DNA of 56,413 nt from a virus (Duplodnaviria; Caudoviricetes), in the IMG/VR virus record IMGVR_UViG_3300025732_000048, positions 1 through 56,413 of that record; one strand, written 5' to 3'. The notes under the pieces were generated by a model that worked only from the letters and a program-made list of their open reading frames with translations, made no database searches and was not told the origin of the DNA. Positions 36,959 through 47,166 of the stretch are shown here, piece after piece. Every line of letters begins with the position of its first letter. The stretch's first letter is position 1. A program made the position numbers and the translations under genes.

Positions 36959-38622
36959 AATACCCCAAATTCTCACACAAAACACCACATCTAAAAGGAA
37001 AACAACATCAGTTGGATCCTAATTTAGATTTGAAACAATTAGTACATCACGCAACAGTTCAATATGTTGACCGTGATGCTGATGGGGATGTTGACATTTA
37101 TGATAAACCAAGTAAAAAAACTCCAGATGAAAATGTAACGAGTGCTCCAGTGGGAGCAGAAGTTGCTTCAAGAAAACTTATTGCTAAACAAAAAGGGGAG
37201 CTTAAGCACACAAAAAGGGGTTTGGCATATGAGGAAACAAAATCTGGAGATGAAGGTCTTAGAGATTGGTTTGGGAAGTCAAAATCTTCTGATGGAAAAT
37301 CTGGTTGGGTTCAACTTGGCGGCAAATGGGCTGGTAAACCATGCGCTCGCCAACCTGGACAAACTTCTACACCAAAATGTGGAAGCTCTAAGATGGCAGC
37401 AAATCTATCGTCAGAAGAAGAAGAGACAGCAAGAATAAGAAAAAATCGTTTAGATCCCAACCAACCAGAAAAGTTTGGTGGAGCAAAACCAACTAACGTA
37501 AGAACTGAAGAAATGGACCTACAAGAAGTAAAAGATAAACCAGGTAAGGGCAGTGGCAAAAAAGATGCTTGCTACAATAAAGTGAAATCACGTTATGACG
37601 TTTGGCCAAGTGCATATGCTTCTGGAGCACTTGTTAAGTGTCGTAAGGTAGGTGCTGCTAACTGGGGAACTAAGACTGAGGAAATGCATATGCACGAAGA
37701 AGAAAGATATTGCCCATTATGTGCTAAAAGAGAAACAAGATCGGAATGCTCTTATGGTGCCAAAGCTTGGGATAAAGTCTCAGTAAAAGATGAGGAATAT
37801 TCAATGGCTCGTTCCGAGTTAAATACGATTGTTGATGCTGTTAGAAGACTCAAAACAAAAGTTTCCAATGGCGAAGGAAATTTGGAAGCATGGGTACAGT
37901 CAAAAATTACCAAGGCAGCAGATTATATTGATACAGCAGCAGATTATGTTAATGGTGGAGAAATGGAAGAAATGAAATGTTGGTCTGGATATGAAAAGAA
38001 AGGAACTCAAAAATTGTTTGGTAAAAAGTATAATCGTTGTGTTAAAAAAGAAGATGTAACTATTGAAGATGCCGATGGAAATACTTTCGCTGAAGTTATT
38101 GATCTGATTAAACCAGAACCAATCAAAGGGTTTAAATCCCAAGTTGATGAAGCAACTAGAATTCAAGCAAAAACTGGAAATTTAATGATGGTTATTGCGA
38201 TGTGGAGAGGAAAAAGTTATTCTCTTAAAATGTTTTTTCCTCAAGCCAAACTTCCAAATAAAAAGGAAGTTGAGGAGCAGATTCAAAAAGTTTATCCAGG
38301 AGCAAAAGTCATTTACTCTAAAGTATCTGAGAGAGAACCTGGAGAACCTTTTCTTCAAGTGGAGGATTGGCAATCAGTAAACCGCAAGGATAAGACTGAT
38401 GGTTTAAGCCAAAAAGCAGTAGATGCCTATCGTAGTGAGAATCCAGGTTCAAAACTTCAAACAGCAGTAACTGAGAAAAAACCAACAGGTAAAAGAGCAG
38501 CACGTCGCAAATCTTTCTGCAGTAGAATGAGTGGAATGAAGAAGAGACTGACTTCTGCAGAAACTGCAAGAGATCCAGATTCAAGAATCAACAAAGCCCT
38601 TCGTCGCTGGAACTGTAATTAA
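36955..38622 (+). CDS. Mosaic basic Cys-containing protein, 555 aa (putative head-internal polyprotein)
   Basis: Concatenated short modules separated by E-rich linkers; between gp16 and gp17. Confidence 0.8.
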   Translation: MKYPKFSHKTPHLKGKQHQLDPNLDLKQLVHHATVQYVDRDADGDVDIYDKPSKKTPDENVTSAPVGAEVASRKLIAKQKGELKHTKRGLAYEETKSGDEGLRDWFGKSKSSDGKSGWVQLGGKWAGKPCARQPGQTSTPKCGSSKMAANLSSEEEETARIRKNRLDPNQPEKFGGAKPTNVRTEEMDLQEVKDKPGKGSGKKDACYNKVKSRYDVWPSAYASGALVKCRKVGAANWGTKTEEMHMHEEERYCPLCAKRETRSECSYGAKAWDKVSVKDEEYSMARSELNTIVDAVRRLKTKVSNGEGNLEAWVQSKITKAADYIDTAADYVNGGEMEEMKCWSGYEKKGTQKLFGKKYNRCVKKEDVTIEDADGNTFAEVIDLIKPEPIKGFKSQVDEATRIQAKTGNLMMVIAMWRGKSYSLKMFFPQAKLPNKKEVEEQIQKVYPGAKVIYSKVSEREPGEPFLQVEDWQSVNRKDKTDGLSQKAVDAYRSENPGSKLQTAVTEKKPTGKRAARRKSFCSRMSGMKKRLTSAETARDPDSRINKALRRWNCN

Positions 38623-38640
38623 AATTAAGAGGATTATATT

Positions 38641-40296
38641 ATGTCAAATGGAAATGATATTTACCTTGGTAATCCACTCTTAAAGAAAGCAAATACTCCA
38701 ATAGAGTTTACTCAGGAGCAAATTGAAGAGTTTATTAAATGTAAAGATGATCCGGTATATTTTGCTAAAAATTATGTAAAAATTGTCACCCTTGACTATG
38801 GATTACAACCGTTCAAGATGTATCCATTTCAAGAAAAACTTGTAAATAGATTTCACCAAAATAGATTTAATATTTGCAAGATGCCCCGCCAGACGGGAAA
38901 ATCTACCACTGTAGTATCTTTTCTTTTACATTATGCAGTTTTTAATGATAATGTAAATATTGGTATTCTTGCAAACAAAGCAGCAACTGCTAGAGAACTA
39001 TTAGACAGACTTCAAACTGCTTATGAAAACTTACCAAAGTGGATGCAGCAGGGTATCATTTCTTGGAACAAAGGTTCCTTGGAATTGGAAAACGGAAGTA
39101 AAATCCTCGCTGCTTCTACTTCTGCTTCTGCGGTTCGTGGTATGTCATTCAATATTATCTTTTTGGACGAATTTGCGTTTGTCCCCAATCATATTGCGGA
39201 TGACTTCTTTAGTTCAGTATATCCAACAATTTCTTCAGGTAAATCTACAAAAGTAATTATTGTTTCTACCCCAAAGGGTATGAATCATTTTTACCGAATG
39301 TGGCATGATGCCGAGAAAGGTAAAAATGAATATATCTTTACCGATGTTCATTGGAGTGAAGTTCCTGGAAGAGATGAGGCATGGAAAGCTCAAACAATTG
39401 CCAATACATCAGAGCAACAATTTAAGGTTGAGTTTGAATGCGAATTCCTAGGATCTGTAGATACACTTATTGCTCCAAGCAAACTTAGAAATCTAGTATA
39501 CGATCATCCATTAAAAAGAAATGCCGGACTAGACGTGTATGAAGATGTTCAAGATGAACATGATTATGTGATTACTGTTGATGTTGCTAGAGGAGTAAGT
39601 GAAGATTATTCTGCTTTTGTTGTAGTTGATATAACTAACTTTCCACATAAAGTGGTGGCAAAGTACAGGAATAATGAAATTAAACCAATGCTATTTCCTA
39701 ATATCATATATGAAGTAGCAAAAAATTATAATGGTGCTTATATTTTATGTGAGGTTAATGATATAGGTGATCAGGTAGCATCACTTCTTCATTATGACTT
39801 GGAATATCAGAATGTTTTAATGTGTTCTATGAGAGGTAGAGCTGGACAAATAGTTGGACAAGGATTTTCTGGAAAGAAGACTCAGTTGGGAGTTAAAATG
39901 TCCAAGACGGTAAAAAAAGTTGGATCTCTAAATTTAAAAACTATTATTGAAGAAGATAAATTAATATTTAAAGATTATGAGATTATATCTGAATTGACAA
40001 CTTTTGTCCAAAAGCATAATTCTTTTGAGGCAGAAGAGGGTTGTAATGACGACCTAGCAATGTGCTTAGTAATATATGCTTGGTTAGTTGCTCAAGACTA
40101 TTTTAAAGAATTAACAGATCAAGACGTAAGAAAGAGAATATACGATGAGCAGAAAAATCAGATTGAACAGGACATGGCACCATTTGGATTTATCGTAGAT
40201 GGTATGAATGATGAAGAAACCTTTGTAGATTCTAGTGGAGATAGATGGTTTACTGATGAGTATGGTGACATGGCATATATGTGGGAGTACAGGTAA
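38641..40296 (+). CDS. gp17: Terminase large subunit gp17
   Basis: MPRQTGKST Walker A; IFLDEFAF Walker B; TVDVARG; CNDDLAM. Confidence 0.97.
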   Translation: MSNGNDIYLGNPLLKKANTPIEFTQEQIEEFIKCKDDPVYFAKNYVKIVTLDYGLQPFKMYPFQEKLVNRFHQNRFNICKMPRQTGKSTTVVSFLLHYAVFNDNVNIGILANKAATARELLDRLQTAYENLPKWMQQGIISWNKGSLELENGSKILAASTSASAVRGMSFNIIFLDEFAFVPNHIADDFFSSVYPTISSGKSTKVIIVSTPKGMNHFYRMWHDAEKGKNEYIFTDVHWSEVPGRDEAWKAQTIANTSEQQFKVEFECEFLGSVDTLIAPSKLRNLVYDHPLKRNAGLDVYEDVQDEHDYVITVDVARGVSEDYSAFVVVDITNFPHKVVAKYRNNEIKPMLFPNIIYEVAKNYNGAYILCEVNDIGDQVASLLHYDLEYQNVLMCSMRGRAGQIVGQGFSGKKTQLGVKMSKTVKKVGSLNLKTIIEEDKLIFKDYEIISELTTFVQKHNSFEAEEGCNDDLAMCLVIYAWLVAQDYFKELTDQDVRKRIYDEQKNQIEQDMAPFGFIVDGMNDEETFVDSSGDRWFTDEYGDMAYMWEYR

Positions 40297-40526
40297 TGGA
40301 AATAGACAAGCAGATAAACTTAGGTCATTTGTTGCTTGTTGATAGAAGGTGTAGAGTTTGTGGAGAAACTAAAAATCTAATAGACAGTTTTTATAGAACA
40401 CGTAAAGATAGAGGAGCTGTTTCTTCTTCTTATTCATATGAGTGTAAAGATTGCACAATTAAAAGAGTTGTCACCAGTAGAATGGTTAGTAGAGTTCTTG
40501 ATAAGTGGGAATATCCTGACTGGTAA
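40296..40526 (+). CDS. Small CxxC...CxxC zinc-binding protein, 76 aa
   Basis: CRVCGETK...FY...YECKDC; TAATG coupling to gp17. Confidence 0.75.
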   Translation: MEIDKQINLGHLLLVDRRCRVCGETKNLIDSFYRTRKDRGAVSSSYSYECKDCTIKRVVTSRMVSRVLDKWEYPDW

Positions 40527-40567
40527 TTAATTCACGTCCCATTTCCCCTGCGAAAAGTAAGTTTTTA

Positions 40568-40574
40568 ATAAATA
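40568..40574 (+). promoter_or_regulatory. Late promoter upstream of gp18
   Basis: ATAAATA. Confidence 0.7.
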
Positions 40575-40609
40575 TTTTGTAGATAAACTGAGACTTTACG
40601 GAGAAAAAA

Positions 40610-42826
40610 ATGGCGACTCCTCAATTATCTCCAGGCGTACTCGTCAGGGAAGTTGATCTAACTGTAGGAAGAGCTGATAATGTTTTAGATAATATTGGTG
40701 CCATTGCTGGACCTTTCCCAATTGGACCTGTTGATTACCCAATTGACATCACAACAGAACAAGACCTTATTAACGTATTCGGAAAACCACTCTCAACAGA
40801 TTCCCAATACGAATACTGGATGAGTGCTTCATCTTTTCTCTCATATGGTGGAGTTCTAAAGGTTGTACGAACTGGTGGAACAACTCTCAATAACTCAAAT
40901 GCTGGCGTTGGTGCAGCGTATACAACGTCATTAGACATTGATAACTATGATGATTATATCAATAATCACGCAGAAGCAAACGATTTTAATTGGGCAGCAA
41001 AGAACCCTGGTTCTTGGGCAAACTCATTAAAGGTTTGTGTAATTGATGACCTAGCAGACCAAATTATCGGTATCACTACCACAAACTTAGGCAATGCTGG
41101 TGCTGTTATTGGTTATGGTATTACTGCAGCAGTATCTGGAACTCTTGCCGGTTCTGGAAGCACTTCAACATTTACTGGACACCTAAAAGGAATTATCACG
41201 GGTGTTAGCACAGATGCGACAAATTCAAATAGCAAAATTACAGTAAAAATCGTTTCTAGAGTTTCCTCTGCTGGAACAGAAACAAAAATTGACTATGCAG
41301 AAGGTGGAGCATTCAACTCTTTTGATACTTCAGATTCAGTTTATTTTGTAAATAGTTCTGGTATCAATACTGGTGTTTCTGCCACTGCCCCATATACACC
41401 AGCAACTGTAACTGACTGGTATGATCAACAGACTCTCGGATTAACAAATAGCACAGTTTATTGGAAGTCTATTGCTCCAAAACCAACATCAAATGCATAT
41501 TCTTTAGAAAGAAGTGGTAAAGGTGATGGAATTCATGTTGTTGTTGTTGATGACTTAGGATCTGTAACAGGAATTCAAGGCAATATCCTGGAGAAGCATG
41601 TAGGACTTTCAAAAGCACTTGATTCAATTTCCTCTGTCAATTCTCCACAGAGAATTTGGTACGAGCAGTACATTGCTGATTTTTCAACTCAAGTATATGC
41701 TGGGGGAAATCCATCATCTGCTGCAGATGCTTATTGGGGAACCGCTCCAAGAGCTACTGGATTCACTACCTATAGTGGAGTCGCTGCTGCTTCCTTTACT
41801 CCAATCACAACTGGAGATGGTCTGTGGGGACAAAACGCACAGGATGTAACTTTCTCGGCAATTGGAAATGTAACCTACACTTTAGGGGGTGGAGTTGACT
41901 ACTCTGCTGCTGGTGGAATGAAAGCAACTCTAGGTAATCTAATCACTTCTTATGGACTCTTCTCAAATCAAGATGAAGTGGAAGTTGATTACCTAATCAT
42001 GGGTCCTGGATTAACAGATAGGGCAGACTCTCAAGCAAAAGCAAACTATCTAATCTCTCTTGCAAATGAAAGAAAAGATTGTGTTGCTACAGTTGGTCCT
42101 CACAGAGGAGACCTAATCGGAATAACAAACACTACGACTCAAACAAATAATCTAGTTAACTACTTCAGTTCACTATCATCTTCATCATATGCTGTTTTTG
42201 ATAGTGGATACAAGTACACCTATGATAGATTTAACAACAAGTTCCGTTACATTCCATGTAATGCGGATGTTGCTGGTCTAATGACTCGCACCAACATTGT
42301 TGCCTATCCATGGTTCTCTCCTGCTGGTCAACAGCGTGGCATCATAAACAATGCTGTTAAGTTGGCATACAACCCAAGCAAGGCACAGAGAGATAAGTTA
42401 TATCCTCAGAGAATAAACGCTATTGTTACTCAACCTGGAATCGGTACTCTCCTATTTGGCGATAAGACTGCTCTAGGATACTCTTCAGCGTTTGATAGAA
42501 TCAATGTTCGCCGCTTGTTCCTCACAATTGAACAAGCACTTCAGAGAGCAGCACAAGCACAACTCTTTGAACTGAATGATGAGCTAACAAGAGCAAACTT
42601 TAGAAATATTGTTGAACCATATCTCCGCGATGTTCAAGCAAAGAGAGGACTTTATGGATTCTTAGTTGTTTGTGATAGTTCAAACAATACTCCTGATGTT
42701 ATTGATAATAATGAATTCAGAGCAGACATCTTCCTGAAGCCTGCTAAGTCTATTAACTATGTAACTCTGACCTTTGTTGCTACCAGAACTGGTGTAAGTT
42801 TTGAAGAAGTAGCTGGTACAGTTTAA
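40610..42826 (+). CDS. gp18: Tail sheath protein gp18
   Basis: SPGVLVREVDLT; PWFSPAG; SAFDRINVRRLF; KPAKSINYVTLTFVATRTG. Confidence 0.97.
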   Translation: MATPQLSPGVLVREVDLTVGRADNVLDNIGAIAGPFPIGPVDYPIDITTEQDLINVFGKPLSTDSQYEYWMSASSFLSYGGVLKVVRTGGTTLNNSNAGVGAAYTTSLDIDNYDDYINNHAEANDFNWAAKNPGSWANSLKVCVIDDLADQIIGITTTNLGNAGAVIGYGITAAVSGTLAGSGSTSTFTGHLKGIITGVSTDATNSNSKITVKIVSRVSSAGTETKIDYAEGGAFNSFDTSDSVYFVNSSGINTGVSATAPYTPATVTDWYDQQTLGLTNSTVYWKSIAPKPTSNAYSLERSGKGDGIHVVVVDDLGSVTGIQGNILEKHVGLSKALDSISSVNSPQRIWYEQYIADFSTQVYAGGNPSSAADAYWGTAPRATGFTTYSGVAAASFTPITTGDGLWGQNAQDVTFSAIGNVTYTLGGGVDYSAAGGMKATLGNLITSYGLFSNQDEVEVDYLIMGPGLTDRADSQAKANYLISLANERKDCVATVGPHRGDLIGITNTTTQTNNLVNYFSSLSSSSYAVFDSGYKYTYDRFNNKFRYIPCNADVAGLMTRTNIVAYPWFSPAGQQRGIINNAVKLAYNPSKAQRDKLYPQRINAIVTQPGIGTLLFGDKTALGYSSAFDRINVRRLFLTIEQALQRAAQAQLFELNDELTRANFRNIVEPYLRDVQAKRGLYGFLVVCDSSNNTPDVIDNNEFRADIFLKPAKSINYVTLTFVATRTGVSFEEVAGTV

Positions 42827-42835
42827 CTTTATAAT

Positions 42836-42842
42836 CTAAATA
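42836..42842 (+). promoter_or_regulatory. Late promoter upstream of gp19
   Basis: CTAAATA. Confidence 0.7.
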
Positions 42843-42861
42843 ACAAAAGGAGGACTTAACA

Positions 42862-43461
42862 ATGGCAACAACAAAAGAAAACAAAACTATCTCTCAGTTT
42901 AAATCATCACTCGTTGGGGGCGGTGCTCGCCCCAATCTATTTGTGGTCGAGATGACATTGAGTGAACTTGGATTTGACCTTCCAACATTTGACGCTGACA
43001 AATTCCAGTTTATGTGTAAAGCAGCACAGCTTCCAGCACAAAACATTGGATCCATTGATGTTCCTTTCCGTGGAAGAACATTCAAGGTAGCTGGTGATAG
43101 AACTATTGACGCATGGACAGTAACTGTCATCAATGATGAAGACTTCGTATTGAGAAGAGCATTTGAAGAGTGGTCAAATCAAATTGCGAGTCTTGAACTC
43201 AATCTTGGAGCAACTGATCCTTCAGCATACATGGCTACTGCCAGAGTATTCCAGCTGGGTAGAGGATCAACAGCAAGCAGCCAAGATAACAGTGGAAACG
43301 CTAACTCCGTTCTTGCTGAGTATGAATTTGTTGATATTTTCCCAACAAATGTTTCAGCAATTGATCTTTCCTATGATTCTTCAGACACAATTGAAGAATT
43401 TACCGTAGAATTCCAAGTTCAATCATTTAACATAGTTGCGGCTGGCGGTTCTAACGGCTAA
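42862..43461 (+). CDS. gp19: Tail tube protein gp19
   Basis: GGARPNLF; VPFRGRTFKVAGDRT; IEEFTVEFQV. Confidence 0.96.
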   Translation: MATTKENKTISQFKSSLVGGGARPNLFVVEMTLSELGFDLPTFDADKFQFMCKAAQLPAQNIGSIDVPFRGRTFKVAGDRTIDAWTVTVINDEDFVLRRAFEEWSNQIASLELNLGATDPSAYMATARVFQLGRGSTASSQDNSGNANSVLAEYEFVDIFPTNVSAIDLSYDSSDTIEEFTVEFQVQSFNIVAAGGSNG

Positions 43462-43467
43462 TAAATA
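43461..43467 (+). promoter_or_regulatory. Late promoter upstream of gp20
   Basis: ATAAATA. Confidence 0.7.
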
Positions 43468-43497
43468 GTCTAAAGATTAATTCTAAACTAATAAATT

Positions 43498-45180
43498 ATG
43501 GCAAAGTTATTTGGATTTTCTATAGAAGATAATGAGCCACTATCTCCTGGAGTAGTCTCCCCTGTTCCTCAAAACAACGAGGACGGGGTTGACCACTACA
43601 TGAGTAGTGGTTTTTTTGGTTCCTATGTAGATATTGAGGGTGTTTATAGAACTGAATATGAATTAATCAAAAGATATAGAGAAATGGCACTTCATCCAGA
43701 AGTTGATAGTGCTATTGAAGACATTGTAAATGAAGCAATTGTATCAGATACAAATGATACTCCCGTCCAAATAGATTTAGATAATTTAAATGCTAGCGAT
43801 GGGATTAAAAAGAAAATCAGACAAGAATTCAAATTCGTTCTAGATTTACTGGATTTTGATAAAAAGTCTCACGAAATTTATAGAAATTGGTATGTTGATG
43901 GTAGACTTTACTATCATAAAGTAATTGATTTAAAAAATCCCCAAGACGGAATTCAAGAGTTGCGTTATATTGACGCAATGAAGATGCGTTATGTTAGACA
44001 GAATAAAAAGAAGCCAGAAGATAGATTTAATATTTCAAAAATCCAAAGTGATAATCCAATGGATTATAGCTTTCCTGATATTGAAGAATATTTTATCTAT
44101 AATCCGAAAGGATCTCAACCAACAGGAAACATAAACGCTACTGGTGCGAGTCAAGGAATTAAAATGTCCAAAGACTCTATTACATATTGTACATCAGGAT
44201 TAGTAGATAGAAATAAGGGAAATACTCTTTCATATCTTCACAAAGCAATCAAGTCTCTTAATCAGCTCCGCATGATTGAAGATTCACTGGTTATCTATAG
44301 ATTATCTCGTGCTCCTGAGCGTAGAATTTTCTATATTGATGTTGGCAATCTACCCAAGGTCAAAGCAGAGCAATATCTCCGTGATGTTATGATGCGTTAT
44401 CGTAATAAGTTAGTGTATGACGCTAACACTGGCGAAATTCGTGATGATAAAAAGTATATGGCAATGCTTGAAGATTTCTGGCTCCCTCGTCGTGAAGGTG
44501 GTAGAGGAACCGAAATCACCACACTTCCTGGTGGTCAAAATCTTGGAGAGATCACTGATATTGAATATTTTAAGAAAAAACTATATCGTTCACTGAATGT
44601 TCCTCCATCAAGAATGGATGGTGAAGGTGGATTTAACTTAGGTCGTTCTTCTGAGATTTTAAGAGACGAACTTAAGTTTACAAAATTTGTTGGACGTTTG
44701 AGAAAGAGATTCTCAAATATGTTTAATGATATGTTGAGAACTCAGTTAATTCTCAAAAACATTATTACCCCAGAAGATTGGGAAATAATGAGCGAGCATA
44801 TTCAATATGATTTCCTTTATGATAATCATTTCTCAGAATTAAAAGATGCTGAGTTAATGACTGAGAGACTTAATATGGTTCAAGTTGCCGAACCATATGT
44901 TGGAAAATATTTCTCTCAAGATTATGTAAGAAGAAAGATTCTTCGCCAAACCGATGTTGAAATTCTTGAGCAAGATGCTCTAATAGAAAAAGAAATTAAA
45001 GATGGTCTTATTCCAGATCCAAATGCTCCGGTAGATCCAGCAACAGGTATGCCATTAGACCAATCATCTCAAATGGATTTGGGTCAACCAGTAATGGAAC
45101 CAGATTTGGAATCACAGGGAGCAGCAACCGAAGCCCCAGGAATAAAAGCACCACAAATGCCCAAGGGTGGTGAGATATAA
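43498..45180 (+). CDS. gp20: Portal protein gp20
   Basis: IYRLSRAPERRIFYIDVGNLPK; EDFWLPRREGGRGTEITTLPGGQNLG. Confidence 0.98.
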   Translation: MAKLFGFSIEDNEPLSPGVVSPVPQNNEDGVDHYMSSGFFGSYVDIEGVYRTEYELIKRYREMALHPEVDSAIEDIVNEAIVSDTNDTPVQIDLDNLNASDGIKKKIRQEFKFVLDLLDFDKKSHEIYRNWYVDGRLYYHKVIDLKNPQDGIQELRYIDAMKMRYVRQNKKKPEDRFNISKIQSDNPMDYSFPDIEEYFIYNPKGSQPTGNINATGASQGIKMSKDSITYCTSGLVDRNKGNTLSYLHKAIKSLNQLRMIEDSLVIYRLSRAPERRIFYIDVGNLPKVKAEQYLRDVMMRYRNKLVYDANTGEIRDDKKYMAMLEDFWLPRREGGRGTEITTLPGGQNLGEITDIEYFKKKLYRSLNVPPSRMDGEGGFNLGRSSEILRDELKFTKFVGRLRKRFSNMFNDMLRTQLILKNIITPEDWEIMSEHIQYDFLYDNHFSELKDAELMTERLNMVQVAEPYVGKYFSQDYVRRKILRQTDVEILEQDALIEKEIKDGLIPDPNAPVDPATGMPLDQSSQMDLGQPVMEPDLESQGAATEAPGIKAPQMPKGGEI

Positions 45181-45183
45181 ATA
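45176..45183 (+). promoter_or_regulatory. Late promoter
   Basis: TATAAATA overlapping the gp20 stop. Confidence 0.75.
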
Positions 45184-45207
45184 AAGAAAATTACTTAGGT
45201 ATTTAAA

Positions 45208-45387
45208 ATGGATGACCTTTTGGATATGATTATCGCTGATGAACCACCATCGCAGATCAGTGATAAGATTAAAGATATACTATTTTCTAAATCAGCAGAA
45301 AAAATTGATGCTTTCCGTCCAGCAGTAGCGGCAAGTATGTTTGGACAAGATGAAGAAGGTGAGGAAGATTACGAAGAGGAAGAATGA
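45208..45387 (+). CDS. Small acidic prohead-core-like protein (gp67 position), 59 aa (not in ORF track)
   Basis: MDDLLDMIIADEPPSQISDKIKDILFSKSAEKIDAFRPAVAASMFGQDEEGEEDYEEEE; directly after portal. Confidence 0.7.
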   Translation: MDDLLDMIIADEPPSQISDKIKDILFSKSAEKIDAFRPAVAASMFGQDEEGEEDYEEEE

Positions 45388-45701
45388 AATCCTATAAGCA
45401 ATTTATTTCAGAATCAATCAATATTGCTGGAGATTTTACAGGAAATCTTTATGTAAATTCTCAACCAGAACAACAACAAGTTGGTGAAGAGTATGTTGCC
45501 GATGTAATGTGGAATGGAAGCTTATATCGTTTAGAAATGGTTACTAAAAACGGAATTCCTTCCACAAGAGAACTTGGTGAACAATTACAATCCAATTATC
45601 CCGGAGCAGTTGTTCATCAAATCTATCCTGTTTTAGAAAAAAATTTAAACATCAAAAACGCACAAAGATATCACCCGTCAAAATTGGAATGGATTGATTA
45701 A
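45384..45701 (+). CDS. Hypothetical protein with capsid-targeting-like N-terminus, 105 aa
   Basis: Begins MKSYKQFISE. Confidence 0.75.
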   Translation: MKSYKQFISESINIAGDFTGNLYVNSQPEQQQVGEEYVADVMWNGSLYRLEMVTKNGIPSTRELGEQLQSNYPGAVVHQIYPVLEKNLNIKNAQRYHPSKLEWID

Positions 45702-47131
45702 TGGCTCAGTGGAATATAACTACACAAGATTATTTAAATCAGGAAAGATCTCTTTTTGAAGTTGTAGGCGTTGCATCAAGTGATGGGCAAATAATTAGTC
45801 CACAAAATCCATTTCCAGTCACCGGAACTGTTGGAATATCATCAGAGACTGTTGTAACTATTAATCCAGATACAAATGCTGTTGATGCATTTGGTAGAGC
45901 AAGAGTTTCTGAATTATTTACTCTTGGTGACTATAAGCACCTTTATGCCATTGACCCAAACTTTTTGGATAGTGTTTCTGGTGCAGGATCAACAGTAATA
46001 TTTATACAAAATCAGGCAGCAGCAAGACTTCAAACTGGTATTGGATCTACTGCATTTAGTATTCACCAAACAAAGTTTTATCATCATTATCAACCAGGAA
46101 AAGGACAGTTAATTTTTAGTTCTTTTAATTTTTATGCACCTCAACAAAATGCAACTAAAAGAACTGGATATTTTGATGATAGAGACGGAATTTATTTTGA
46201 ACAAGTTGGACTTAGCACTTCAAATGGAGTAAATCCTGATATTGGAACTCTCAACTGGGTAATTAGGTCTTTTGTAAGTGGAATTGCATCAGAAACCAGA
46301 ATTCCACAGTCACAATGGAACAGAGATAAGTGTGATGGCACAGGAACATCTGGATTTGATTTGGATGTTACAAAAACTCAAGTTGCATTTATAGATTTCC
46401 AGTGGTTAGGTGTTGGTAGAGTTCGTTGTGGGTTTGCTCACGATGGGCAACTCATCACAGCACACGAATTTTACCACTCTAACAATTTAGCAACTGTTTA
46501 TATTGCCAATCCAAATTTACCAGTTCGTTGTGAAATCAGAAATACTGCCGTAGGTGTTGGGGCATCATTTGACCAAATTTGTTCTTCTGTAATGTCAGAA
46601 GGTGGATATGTAGAAAGTGGTATTGACTTTGCTTATACAATGACTACTACAAGAACCACACCAACACCAGCAGGAACAGAACTTCCTTTGGTTGCTATTC
46701 GTCTCAAAAATACTTTCCGGGGATATCCAAACAGAATATCAGTCAAATTAAATAATCTTTCATTATTTTGTGAGTCCAATAGTATTGTTTATAAAGTTGT
46801 AAAACTTCCAAGTTCTGCTTATTTGAGTAACGCTGGAACTTTAACTTGGACTTCTGCTTCTAATAATAGTGGAGTTGAAGTTTGTGTGGATGCTACAACT
46901 TATAGTGATGGTGACGAGTTTGCATCAGGATATGTTCCTTCTGGTGCGTCTCAAAACTCACTCTCACCAGTTGCTTCTGGAACATTAAGTGCTGCAAAGA
47001 AAAATATTATTGTTCAAAATATAGATTCAACAAACTCTGAGATTTATGTTCTTGTTGTAAGAACCATTACTACTACTGGTAATGCCACTGCTGGTGTTGC
47101 TGCAGCACTACAATGGAGGGAGATTTATTAA
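45701..47131 (+). CDS. Putative virion beta-rich protein, 476 aa
   Basis: DAFGRARVS...YQPGKG...FIDFQWLGVGRVRCGF; inside head module. Confidence 0.75.
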   Translation: MAQWNITTQDYLNQERSLFEVVGVASSDGQIISPQNPFPVTGTVGISSETVVTINPDTNAVDAFGRARVSELFTLGDYKHLYAIDPNFLDSVSGAGSTVIFIQNQAAARLQTGIGSTAFSIHQTKFYHHYQPGKGQLIFSSFNFYAPQQNATKRTGYFDDRDGIYFEQVGLSTSNGVNPDIGTLNWVIRSFVSGIASETRIPQSQWNRDKCDGTGTSGFDLDVTKTQVAFIDFQWLGVGRVRCGFAHDGQLITAHEFYHSNNLATVYIANPNLPVRCEIRNTAVGVGASFDQICSSVMSEGGYVESGIDFAYTMTTTRTTPTPAGTELPLVAIRLKNTFRGYPNRISVKLNNLSLFCESNSIVYKVVKLPSSAYLSNAGTLTWTSASNNSGVEVCVDATTYSDGDEFASGYVPSGASQNSLSPVASGTLSAAKKNIIVQNIDSTNSEIYVLVVRTITTTGNATAGVAAALQWREIY

Positions 47132-47135
47132 ATTA

Positions 47136-47142
47136 ATAAATA
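47136..47142 (+). promoter_or_regulatory. Late promoter
   Basis: ATAAATA. Confidence 0.65.
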
Positions 47143-47166
47143 ACTAAAAGTGTACTATCAAAAATA

